A stretch of 64,000 nt of DNA, taken from positions 44,114 to 108,113 of the forward strand of contig JAZUPI010000004.1 of assembly GCA_045605085.1 (NCBI GenBank), written 5' to 3'. The position numbers were made by a program, and so were the translations under genes. The stretch is from Acutalibacteraceae bacterium (GTDB lineage Bacteria; Bacillota; Clostridia; Oscillospirales; Acutalibacteraceae). The notes below the pieces were generated by a model that did no database searches, was not told the origin of the DNA, and saw only the letters and a program-made list of their open reading frames with translations. Shown in pieces: positions 36,155-45,191 of this stretch (position 1 is the stretch's first letter; the number at the start of each line of letters is the position of its first letter).

Positions 36155-36982
36155 TTACAACCCCAATTCCCTTTTAAGGTTTCCACCAAGTATTGCTGCC
36201 TTTGCCTCTTCGGTTATAGGAAGATTTTTAATTCTTTCTATTGCCTTTAACGTATAGTCCGCATCCTTGTATGGAAAATCAAGACCAAAAATACTTCTTT
36301 CGTAGCCTGTCTGATGAATGAGTGTGCAAAGGTCGTCATCCGTTAAAGACCAGGCACCCTGACGAATATTTCCCATATCGTCTGTTTCCATACCAATGCT
36401 TGTCCAGCCTGCAAAGGTGTTATGTATTTCTCCACGGGAATTGTTGTTCATTATAAGAAGTGCTTCCCTGAAAAAGCTGTAGCCTCCCATATGCTCCATA
36501 CTGAAACGGAGCTTAGGGAAATTAAATGCAACCTCATCAAAAAGAAGCATGCTGTAATCTGCGATTCTGTGCCAATGCAGGCCCGTGTGGAATGAAAGAA
36601 AAAGATTTTCTTCCTCTGCCACTCTGTAAACTCTGAAAAGCTCTTCCGAGTCCACCTTTACTTCCTGGTAGGCAGGGTGAATTTTTATACCCAAAAGACC
36701 AAGCTCTGCAATTTCGCGCACCTGATCTTCAAGATTATTTTTCGTGAAATCTACTGAACCGAAGGCAACAAGCTGATTTTCATTTTTTACTTCCTTCGCA
36801 ATCCAATGGTTAGCATTTTGCCCTTTGCTGACATCATACATATCCATTTGGTTCTGAAAAGGCGCAAAGCAAACAGCCTTCTCAATATGGCAATCATCAA
36901 GAAGTTTTTTTAAGCAATCTTTATCAGCATTAGGTTTTGTATTTTTAGGAAACAGATGTGCATGATTGGCATAAATTTTCAT
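36155..36982 (-). CDS. amidohydrolase-2-type TIM-barrel metal-dependent hydrolase (second, divergent copy)
   Basis: MKIYANHAHLFP N-terminal HxH, IKIHPAYQ, FHTG and GLDFPY. Confidence 0.65.
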   Translation of the reverse strand: MKIYANHAHLFPKNTKPNADKDCLKKLLDDCHIEKAVCFAPFQNQMDMYDVSKGQNANHWIAKEVKNENQLVAFGSVDFTKNNLEDQVREIAELGLLGIKIHPAYQEVKVDSEELFRVYRVAEEENLFLSFHTGLHWHRIADYSMLLFDEVAFNFPKLRFSMEHMGGYSFFREALLIMNNNSRGEIHNTFAGWTSIGMETDDMGNIRQGAWSLTDDDLCTLIHQTGYERSIFGLDFPYKDADYTLKAIERIKNLPITEEAKAAILGGNLKRELGL

Positions 36983-37045
36983 ATGTACCTCCGGAAATAG
37001 TTAGGATTTTTGGAGCTATGCTGTTATTATAAGATTCGCATACAT

Positions 37046-37126
37046 TTAGTTTACTGATTAACTGAAGTGATGCGAAGCCTATCCCTTTAATTAATCAGTA
37101 AATTAAGCGTATACGAAGACGAAAGC
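37046..37126. repeat. 26-nt imperfect inverted repeat enclosing a repeat-family core (locus D)
   Basis: Arms are TCGCATACATTTAGTTTACTGATTAA (37046-37071) and TTAATCAGTAAATTAAGCGTATACGA (37101-37126). The enclosed ACTGAAGTGATGCGAAGCCTATCCCTTTAA resembles the reverse complement of 7078-7110. Confidence 0.65.
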
Positions 37127-37129
37127 TAT

Positions 37130-37831
37130 TTATTCATCAAAATCATCAAAACTCATATCTTCTTCTGAAAGCTCCGGATAGTAGTCCCAAAGCATCTCTT
37201 CCTGTGCAGCTGTTAAGGGTTCAGCAGGAATTTCGTTTATTACCTCTGCCTTTCTCAACTTGCTCCAGAGAGATGGTGTTATACGTATTGTATAACCACA
37301 AGCAGATGGACAAAGCCACTCCGTCATCGGAAGCTCGGGGATACCGAAGGCAGCAAGAATAGACATTATAACGCCACCGTGGGTAATTATTGCTGCAGAG
37401 CGTGTGCCTGTTTTAATAAGTCCGTCAATGGTCTTATTGAAGCAATTACATACTCTTGTAGCAAATTCCTGATTGCTTTCACCGTGAAGAGGACGTGCAT
37501 CCTCACCACCTGCAAGCCATTGAGAAAATTCCTCGTATTTCTCAAGCTCTTCGGCTGTATGTCCTTCAAATTCACCAAAATCACACTCTTCAAAGCCACG
37601 CATTTCGATTGGTGTTTTGTCAGGGTAAAGTATTTTTGCAGTTTCTATGCATCGCTTCAAGGTACTTGTAAACACAACGTCAGGGTATGGGTAACCATAA
37701 TCGTTTTTCATAGCCTCAAGCTGTTCAACACCCTCTCTGCAAAGGGGTTCGTCAGTCTGACCTATATACCTACCCTCCAGGTTTCCCTGTGTTAAAGCAT
37801 GACGAATTAAATAAACTGTATAAGTTTTCAT
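37130..37831 (-). CDS. histidine phosphatase family protein
   Basis: LIRHALTQGN...GQTDEPL and ITHGGV motifs (phosphoglycerate-mutase-like or CobC-like). Confidence 0.7.
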   Translation of the reverse strand: MKTYTVYLIRHALTQGNLEGRYIGQTDEPLCREGVEQLEAMKNDYGYPYPDVVFTSTLKRCIETAKILYPDKTPIEMRGFEECDFGEFEGHTAEELEKYEEFSQWLAGGEDARPLHGESNQEFATRVCNCFNKTIDGLIKTGTRSAAIITHGGVIMSILAAFGIPELPMTEWLCPSACGYTIRITPSLWSKLRKAEVINEIPAEPLTAAQEEMLWDYYPELSEEDMSFDDFDE

Positions 37832-37887
37832 TGCATTCTCCTGAAAAATAATGTAATATATTATACACTCTGTATATTTTAATTTTA

Positions 37888-38508
37888 TTGGAAGTGATTA
37901 TTTTGTCAGCATACCCTGAAAGAATGGTTGAACTGAGAACTGAAAAAGGCATAAGCCAGAAGGCTGCTGCCGTTGACCTTGGTGTTTCTCAGGCACTTTT
38001 ATCCCACTACGAAAAAGGTATCCGTGAATTTAATCTTGATTTTCTCTGCCGTGTAGCCGAATACTATAACGTTACAACAGATTACATTTTAGGCAGAAGC
38101 GACAGCCGTACCGGACTTAATTCCACCATTCTTGAGGACAAGCCCGAGGACATAAACTTCAACACTCGCTCTGTTTACAAGGCTGCAATTATGACCCACG
38201 AAAGAATAAATGCAGGTTCATCTCAGGGTGGCGAGGTTGCCGATATGCTTTACGCTATCACCATTTACCGTACTCTTTTTACTGCTGCGCAGAAGGGCTA
38301 CATCCCTAAAAGATGGTTTTCACTGCCTACACAATATGCACAGGCATTTACCCTTTCTGCTACGGAAACGCTTCTTAATGATTTCCCCGACAAGACAGTA
38401 ACTGCAAGACGATACGGCGGTCCCGAACCAAAAAGTATCGAGACCGTCATAAAAAGCGTCGAAAGCATTATACGAAAAACTGCTGATAAAATCAAGCCTG
38501 CTGATTAA
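37888..38508 (+). CDS. XRE-family HTH transcriptional regulator
   Basis: LRTEKGISQKAAAVDLGVSQALLSHYEKGIRE HTH. The start is ambiguous: TTG 37888, TTG 37903 or ATG 37924. Confidence 0.75.
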   Translation: MEVIILSAYPERMVELRTEKGISQKAAAVDLGVSQALLSHYEKGIREFNLDFLCRVAEYYNVTTDYILGRSDSRTGLNSTILEDKPEDINFNTRSVYKAAIMTHERINAGSSQGGEVADMLYAITIYRTLFTAAQKGYIPKRWFSLPTQYAQAFTLSATETLLNDFPDKTVTARRYGGPEPKSIETVIKSVESIIRKTADKIKPAD

Positions 38509-39933
38509 TCAGCCCTTTAATACTTCCTTATACATTTTAATATATTCGTTGGCAGATTTACCCCAACTATTATCGCTATCCATTGCGCGTTTAACAAGAA
38601 TGGACCAACCCTTTTTGTCCTGATAGCCTTCAACTGCACGACGAATTGTGTGAAGCATATCGTGTGCATTGTATGAAGAGAAGACAAAGCCGTTACCTTC
38701 GTTGTCACCACTGTCTGTAACAGAGTCGCGAAGACCACCTGTTTCACGTACAATAGGAATTGTACCATAACGAAGGGCAACCATCTGTGAAAGACCACAA
38801 GGCTCACTCTTTGACGGCATAAGGAACAAGTCTGCACCTGCATAAATTTTTCTTGCAAGGTCAGGCACAAAGCCAAGGCAAAGTCCAACCTGCTCTGGAT
38901 AGCGTGCTGCAAGTCCACGGAAAAATTCCTCGTACTGATAGTCGCCTGAGCCTAAAACTACAAGCTGAATATCCGTTGTTGCAAGAAGCTCGTCAAGAAC
39001 TGCCTTACAAAGGTCAAGACCCTTGTGAGAAACAAGTCTTGTAACCATACCCATAACGGGAGTGTCACTTTTCTCCGGAAGCCCAAGAAGCTTCTGGAGT
39101 TCTCTTTTATTTACGTACTTACCACGAACGTTGTCTGCAGTATAGTTTTTGAAAATGTCTTTATCTGTTTCAGGATCGTAGTTAATAACGTCAATGCCGT
39201 TAAGAATGCCACGAAGCTTGTATGAACGCTCCTTAAGAATAGGATCAAGACCATGAGAATACCATGGATCAAGAATTTCTTTAGCGTAAGATGGGCTAAC
39301 GGTAGTAACTGCGTTAGCACACTCGATGCCCCCCTTCATAAGGTTAACGGCACCGTCGTATTCAAGCAAGCTCTTGTGAGCGTGGTCAACACCAACAACA
39401 TTGTCAAGAAGCTCTTCACCATAAACGCCCTGATACTGAATATTATGAATTGTGAAAACCGTTTTAATATTTTCATAACCCGGCTTGTCAGCATAAATTG
39501 TGCTGTAGTAAACAGGTGTTAACGCTGTCTGCCAGTCATTACAATGAATAATGTCAGGCTTGAAGTCAATGTATGGAATCATTTCAAGAATTGCTCTTGA
39601 GAAAAATGCAAAACGTTCTGCATCATCATAAAAGCCGTAAAGAGTATCTCTCTTGAAATAGTACTGGTTATCAAGAAGGTAGTAAATGACACCACCACTT
39701 CTTGCCTCAAAAATGCCACAGTACTGTCTGCGCCAAGCAACAGGCACGCAGATGTTTGTAACAAACTTCATTGTATCCTTAAGCTCTTGCTTAATGCCAT
39801 CGTAAAGAGGCATAACTACTCTGCAACCCACAAGGCGTTTTCTTAAAGCCTGTGGCAGAGAGCCTGCAACGTCACCTAATCCACCACTTGCAATGAATGG
39901 TAACGCTTCACTTGCTGCATATAAAACCTTCAT
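38509..39933 (-). CDS. glgA: glycogen synthase (ADP-glucose type)
   Basis: MKVLYAASEALPFIASGGLGDV N-terminal signature. 474 aa. Confidence 0.9.
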   Translation of the reverse strand: MKVLYAASEALPFIASGGLGDVAGSLPQALRKRLVGCRVVMPLYDGIKQELKDTMKFVTNICVPVAWRRQYCGIFEARSGGVIYYLLDNQYYFKRDTLYGFYDDAERFAFFSRAILEMIPYIDFKPDIIHCNDWQTALTPVYYSTIYADKPGYENIKTVFTIHNIQYQGVYGEELLDNVVGVDHAHKSLLEYDGAVNLMKGGIECANAVTTVSPSYAKEILDPWYSHGLDPILKERSYKLRGILNGIDVINYDPETDKDIFKNYTADNVRGKYVNKRELQKLLGLPEKSDTPVMGMVTRLVSHKGLDLCKAVLDELLATTDIQLVVLGSGDYQYEEFFRGLAARYPEQVGLCLGFVPDLARKIYAGADLFLMPSKSEPCGLSQMVALRYGTIPIVRETGGLRDSVTDSGDNEGNGFVFSSYNAHDMLHTIRRAVEGYQDKKGWSILVKRAMDSDNSWGKSANEYIKMYKEVLKG

Positions 39934-39953
39934 GTTTATTCTCCTTTATCTAA

Positions 39954-40481
39954 TTATCCGAAGCTACCGTATAAATCTGAAAGTGTTCTGTAGAAGCCTG
40001 ACGAGAAGAAAACTATCATTACAATAATACCAAGAATAACAGGTATTGCAATTTCGCATATTGTTTTAATAAGCTGACGCCTTTTCATATCGATTACAGT
40101 TTTCTCAAGGCTGTCAACACGCGCCGAAAGCTCTGCAATAAGCAACTCCTTCTCGTTATTTACAACAACAGTCTTTTTTGGCGTCGCATTATATGCCTTT
40201 TGCTCAGGCACCTCGTCAACTACAGAAACATCTTCTATAATGCTACCGGTTTTTTCATAAATGCTCTTTAAGGCATCACTAACGGTATCATCTCTTTCAG
40301 GTACATCCTTGGTAATGACTGCCTTTAACCATTTAAGTTGGGCATCACTTACCTCGTCACTATCAAAGGCTTTTAACTGTCTGTCACAAAATGAACAAAC
40401 AGACTTCTGAAGCCCACCTATAGAGCCGTTAACAAAATCGAGTGCGTCTGTTTTACAACCACAAACGGGACAAACAGCCAT
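39954..40481 (-). CDS. zinc-ribbon / coiled-coil / C-terminal TM-anchor protein, unknown function
   Basis: CPVCG...CSFCD double CxxC, a predicted helical middle region, and a hydrophobic C-terminus IAIPVILGIIVMIVFF. Strong RBS GGAGGTGAAGG. Confidence 0.6.
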   Translation of the reverse strand: MAVCPVCGCKTDALDFVNGSIGGLQKSVCSFCDRQLKAFDSDEVSDAQLKWLKAVITKDVPERDDTVSDALKSIYEKTGSIIEDVSVVDEVPEQKAYNATPKKTVVVNNEKELLIAELSARVDSLEKTVIDMKRRQLIKTICEIAIPVILGIIVMIVFFSSGFYRTLSDLYGSFG

Positions 40482-40504
40482 ACCTTCACCTCCTGAAAAT
40501 TTTA

Positions 40505-41617
40505 TCAGATAACAATTTCCTTACCAACAAACAATGGATAGCTCTTATCACCTGAAAGTACCTTTTTAGGTGTAATAACGGTGTTTTTGTCCATAATTAC
40601 GCAATTAAGCTTTGCGTCCTCACCAACAAAAGCATCCTGCATAAGAATTGAGTTTTCAACAACCGCACCCTTTGCAACTCTTGCGCCACGGAAAACAATA
40701 CTGTTTTTAACAGTACCTTCAATCTGACAACCATCTGCAATAAGGGAATTTTTACAATTTGATGCGATGCCATAAACAACAGGCATATCGTCACGAACCT
40801 TTGTGTAAACAGGTGTATCACTATTGAAAAGCTCTTTTCTTGATTCCTTATCAAGAATAGCCATATTAGCTGCGAAATAGGAATTCATACTGTCGATAGT
40901 AACGTTCCACTCGTTGATTTTGTAGCCGTAAATGTTAAGTGTTCCAACGTTTTTCTGTATGATATCCTTTTCAAAGCTTGTGTAAGCGTAGCTCTGAGCG
41001 TCACCAATAAGTCTTTCAAGAAGTGCCTTTCTTATAAGAATAACGTTTGCAATGTAATTAACCTCAGATGCTGTTTTAACATCAATACCTACGTTTGTGA
41101 TTTTTGAGTTTGCGTCAACGTCAATTACTGCCTGATTCTGAAGCTTTGGAAGCTGACCATGGCAATAACCAATTGTAATGTCTGCATTTTTCTCTGTATG
41201 GAAATCAAAAATCTTTGACAAATCCAAATTACAAACAAAGTTGGAATCCATAAGAAGAACGTACTCCTGCTTTGAGTGAGAAATGAAATCCATAATTCTG
41301 TCAAGAGTATCTATTCTGTTTGTAGATTCTGCAGCAGTTGGTGTGAAAGGTGGAAGCAAAGTAAGTCCGTCAACCTTTCTTGACAAATCCCAAGGTCTGC
41401 CGCTGCCGATGTGGTCCATAAGTGAACGGAAATTGCTGTTTGCAATAACGCCAACCTTTGTAATGCCACAGTTAACCATATTAGAAAGTGGGAAATCTAT
41501 AAGACGGTACCTGCCACCAAAAGGAACAGAACCCATTGTACGCCTTGCAGTAAGTGCTTCAAGGCAAGTGTCGTATGAATTAGAATAAACTATTCCAAGA
41601 ACGTTCTTTGGTCTCAT
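40505..41617 (-). CDS. glgD: glucose-1-phosphate adenylyltransferase, GlgD (regulatory) subunit
   Basis: Nucleotidyl-transferase fold without the GGxGxRL motif, plus a left-handed beta-helix C-terminus. Overlaps the glgC stop by 4 nt. Confidence 0.85.
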   Translation of the reverse strand: MRPKNVLGIVYSNSYDTCLEALTARRTMGSVPFGGRYRLIDFPLSNMVNCGITKVGVIANSNFRSLMDHIGSGRPWDLSRKVDGLTLLPPFTPTAAESTNRIDTLDRIMDFISHSKQEYVLLMDSNFVCNLDLSKIFDFHTEKNADITIGYCHGQLPKLQNQAVIDVDANSKITNVGIDVKTASEVNYIANVILIRKALLERLIGDAQSYAYTSFEKDIIQKNVGTLNIYGYKINEWNVTIDSMNSYFAANMAILDKESRKELFNSDTPVYTKVRDDMPVVYGIASNCKNSLIADGCQIEGTVKNSIVFRGARVAKGAVVENSILMQDAFVGEDAKLNCVIMDKNTVITPKKVLSGDKSYPLFVGKEIVI

Positions 41618-42834
41618 ACTGTTTCACCCTCCTTAACATCTTCCGAAATCATTGATTGTGCTTTAACCTTTGCGTTTTTACCAACTACAACATTAGGACC
41701 AACAACGCTTACGCCCCAATTGTCAAGATTATCGCATTTTTCAGGATTTTCACCAACAACTGCACCCTCTTCAATTACAGCGTTTTCGGCAACCATAGCG
41801 TACTGAACTACTGCGCCTTTTTTAACAACTGCACCAGGCATAATAATTGAGTAATCTACAAATGCGCCTTCTTCAACTGTAACGTCGTTAAAGAGCACGG
41901 AATAGTCGATTTTACCTTCAATTTCGCTACCTGCTGTAACAATTGAGTTTTCAACAACTGCTGAATCTGCAATATACTGAGGTGCACTGTTTGTGCCTCT
42001 GCCGTAAATTTTCCAGGTATTGTCACTTAAATCAATGTTAACCTTTGGATTAAGAAGGTCAAGGTTTGCTTCCCAGAGGGAATCTATTGTACCAACGTCC
42101 TTCCAGTATCCGTCAAAGCCGTATGCAAAAAGTCTTTCCCCTGCTTCGTGCATTGCAGGAATAACGTTTTTACCGAAGTCGTTTGAAGAATCAGGATCGT
42201 TTTCATCGTCAATAAGATACTGACGAAGCTTCTCCCATGTAAACATATAAACACCCATAGATGCCTTGTTGCTCTTTGGATTCTTTGGCTTTTCTTCAAA
42301 GGCTGTAATTCTTCCGTCATCGTCTGTGAACATAAGACCAAAACGTGAAGCCTCTTCCCACGGCACTTCAAGCATAGCTATTGTACAAGCTGCTTCCTTC
42401 TGCTTATGGAACTGAAGCATTTTTGCGTAGTCCATTTTATAGATATGGTCACCTGAAAGGATTGCCACATACTTTGGATTATATCTGTCAATAAACTGAA
42501 TGTTCTGATAAATAGCGTTTGCAGTACCCTTGTACCACTCTGTACCCTGAATCTGCTGATATGGTGAAAGAATGTGAACACCACCATTTGCACGGTCAAG
42601 GTCCCAAGGTCCACCATTACCAATGTAGTCGTTCAACTCAAGTGGTTGGTACTGTGTAAGAACACCTACTGTATAGATACCGGAGTTCACGCAGTTTGAA
42701 AGTGGGAAATCAATAATTCTGTACTTACCACCGTAAGGTACGGCAGGTTTTGCAATGCTCTTTGTGAGAACGCCAAGACGGGAGCCCTGACCACCGGCAA
42801 GAAGCATTGCTATACATTCTGTCTTTTTTGCCAT
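41614..42834 (-). CDS. glgC: glucose-1-phosphate adenylyltransferase
   Basis: [13 protein letters not shown]...[19 protein letters not shown] signature. Start at ATG 42834. Confidence 0.9.
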   Translation of the reverse strand: MAKKTECIAMLLAGGQGSRLGVLTKSIAKPAVPYGGKYRIIDFPLSNCVNSGIYTVGVLTQYQPLELNDYIGNGGPWDLDRANGGVHILSPYQQIQGTEWYKGTANAIYQNIQFIDRYNPKYVAILSGDHIYKMDYAKMLQFHKQKEAACTIAMLEVPWEEASRFGLMFTDDDGRITAFEEKPKNPKSNKASMGVYMFTWEKLRQYLIDDENDPDSSNDFGKNVIPAMHEAGERLFAYGFDGYWKDVGTIDSLWEANLDLLNPKVNIDLSDNTWKIYGRGTNSAPQYIADSAVVENSIVTAGSEIEGKIDYSVLFNDVTVEEGAFVDYSIIMPGAVVKKGAVVQYAMVAENAVIEEGAVVGENPEKCDNLDNWGVSVVGPNVVVGKNAKVKAQSMISEDVKEGETV

Positions 42835-42876
42835 TGTTATCACTTTCCTTTTCTATATAAATTTGAATTTTAAGAC

Positions 42877-44814
42877 TTATTTTTTAGTTTTCATCTGTTT
42901 ACCTGATGAAAGCTTTGTTTTTTCATCTTTTTTTGGTTTTAAATATAATGTTGACATAGGTGGAAGCTTCATTTCAATGTACTGCTCGTAGCCGTGCATC
43001 GGTCCTTTTTTCACCACGTACGTCTTCTTTATTTTTTCACCATCGCCACCGAATTTCTTTGCATCGGTATTAAAAACAACCTCATAAGCATCTGCTTCAG
43101 GAACACCAATTTTGTACTTATCTCTCATAACCGGTGTAAAATTACAAACAGCAACAATTTTTTCGTTTTGCTCGTTGTTTCTTACAAAAGCAATAACGGA
43201 ATTATCTTTATCATCACTCACTATCCAGTTAAAGCCTTCCCAGCTGTAGTCTACCTGCCACAATGGTGAGTTTGTTTTATAGAATTTATTGAGCTCTCGA
43301 ACGTAATCCTGAAGAAGAACGTGCATTTCGTAATCAAGAAGAATCCAGTCAAGACCTTTTTTGTAGTCCCACTCAATAAACTGGCCAAACTCTGTACCCA
43401 TAAACAGAAGCTTTTTGCCCGGATGTGCGTACATATAACCAAGAAACGCCCTTACACCTGCAAACTTTGCATTATAGTTTCCGGGAATTTTATTTATAAG
43501 GGAGCATTTACCATGCACAACCTCATCATGTGAAATCGGAAGCACAAAATTCTCCGAAAACGCGTAGAAAAATGAGAAGGTAATTAAATCGTGGTTATAC
43601 TTTTTGTGGATACCATCAAGAGAGAAGTAACGAAGAATATCGTTCATCCAGCCCATATTCCATTTAAAGTTATAACCAAGGCCCCCCATAAACACAGGCT
43701 TGGAAACCATAGGCCATGCTGTGCTTTCCTCGGCAATCATCATTATATCGCCATGCTCCTTGAAAACTGCCTCGTTAAGAGATTTCATAAAGGCAATTGC
43801 TTCAAGATTTTCGTTGCCACCCTTTTCGTTTGCTACCCATTGACCATCTTCCCTGCCATAGTCAAGGTAAAGCATAGACGCAACCGCATCAACTCTTAAG
43901 CCGTCAATATGGTACTCATCAAACCAGAAAAGCGCGTTTGAAATAAGGAAGGATTGCACTTCATTCTTTCCGTAGTCAAACACCTTTGTGCCCCACTGAA
44001 GATGCTCGCCCTTTCGCACATCTGCATATTCGTAACAAGCGTCACCATCAAAGCATGCAAGACCATGTGCGTCCTTAGGGAAGTGAGCAGGCACCCAGTC
44101 AACAATAACACCAATACCTGCTTTGTGACATTCATCTACAAAGTATTTAAAATCATCCGGTGTGCCATAACGAGAAGTTACTGCGAAGTAACCTGTTACC
44201 TGATACCCCCAGGATCCGTCAAAAGGATGCTCTGCAACGGGAAGCACTTCAATATGTGTATAGCCCATCTGCTTAACGTAGCCCACAAGCTCCTTTGCCA
44301 TATCTCTGTAGCTTAAGGTGTTACCGTCCTCATATATTCTCCATGATCCAAGATGTACCTCGTAAATATTAACAGGTGACTTGTAAACAGAATTTTCTTT
44401 TCGCTTTTTTAACCATGCACCGTCGCGCCATTTGTATTTACCTTCAAATATTTTTGAGGCTGTACCCGGACGTGTTTCTGCGTGAATTGCATATGGATCT
44501 GCCTTGTAATGTCTGAAGCCGTCTGCCCCATGGATAAGAAACTTGTAGGAGTTGTAGTTTTCAACGCCTTCTGCATAGCACTCCCACACACCACCATCGC
44601 TTATGCGATACATAGGGCATGCATTTTCGTCCCAGCCATTAAAATCACCCACAACAAAAACTGCATTTGCATGTGGTGCCCAAACTCGAAAAACATACTT
44701 GCCTTTGGACACCTTGTGAGCACCTAAAAATTCCTGAGCCTTGAAATTTCTGCCCTGATGAAATACGTATAACGGAAAATCGTTATATGTATTTTGTCCT
44801 TTTTTCTTTTCCAC
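42877..44814 (-). CDS. glgB: 1,4-alpha-glucan branching enzyme
   Basis: GH13 branching-enzyme motifs (DWVPAHF, GLRVDAVASM, IAEEST, FVLPISHDEV). GTG start. Confidence 0.9.
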   Translation of the reverse strand: MEKKKGQNTYNDFPLYVFHQGRNFKAQEFLGAHKVSKGKYVFRVWAPHANAVFVVGDFNGWDENACPMYRISDGGVWECYAEGVENYNSYKFLIHGADGFRHYKADPYAIHAETRPGTASKIFEGKYKWRDGAWLKKRKENSVYKSPVNIYEVHLGSWRIYEDGNTLSYRDMAKELVGYVKQMGYTHIEVLPVAEHPFDGSWGYQVTGYFAVTSRYGTPDDFKYFVDECHKAGIGVIVDWVPAHFPKDAHGLACFDGDACYEYADVRKGEHLQWGTKVFDYGKNEVQSFLISNALFWFDEYHIDGLRVDAVASMLYLDYGREDGQWVANEKGGNENLEAIAFMKSLNEAVFKEHGDIMMIAEESTAWPMVSKPVFMGGLGYNFKWNMGWMNDILRYFSLDGIHKKYNHDLITFSFFYAFSENFVLPISHDEVVHGKCSLINKIPGNYNAKFAGVRAFLGYMYAHPGKKLLFMGTEFGQFIEWDYKKGLDWILLDYEMHVLLQDYVRELNKFYKTNSPLWQVDYSWEGFNWIVSDDKDNSVIAFVRNNEQNEKIVAVCNFTPVMRDKYKIGVPEADAYEVVFNTDAKKFGGDGEKIKKTYVVKKGPMHGYEQYIEMKLPPMSTLYLKPKKDEKTKLSSGKQMKTKK

Positions 44815-45191
44815 TTCCTATCACCCCAAAAATCTTATAAAAACTTATGAAACACCATATTAAAAAGCATATGTTATATCATTCTAATAATAGCAAAACC
44901 GAATTTTATTTTCAAGTGTTTTTAATATATTTTGTTCAAACAACTATTAAAATTTACTATTTATATTTGGTACTTTTGCACAACAAAAACGACTCAAATC
45001 TTTTCTAATCAAAATCGCTTCGCCCTGCACCATCAATTAATTTTTTGTAAATTTTACCGATTTCTTCCTCCTTTTTTCTTTTTTATAAAAATAACTTGAT
45101 TGTTTGTGGTAATATATCGTATAATATAATAATTATGTAATATATGGTTATTCTTTATTAAGTCTGTAATTTACCGAAAGGATAAGAAAAA

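Noticed and set aside
37046-37126. Calling the inverted-repeat element a bona fide MITE or mobile element
   Set aside because: No target-site duplication, transposase or second identical copy is visible in this window. It is reported only as a repeat or hairpin candidate.
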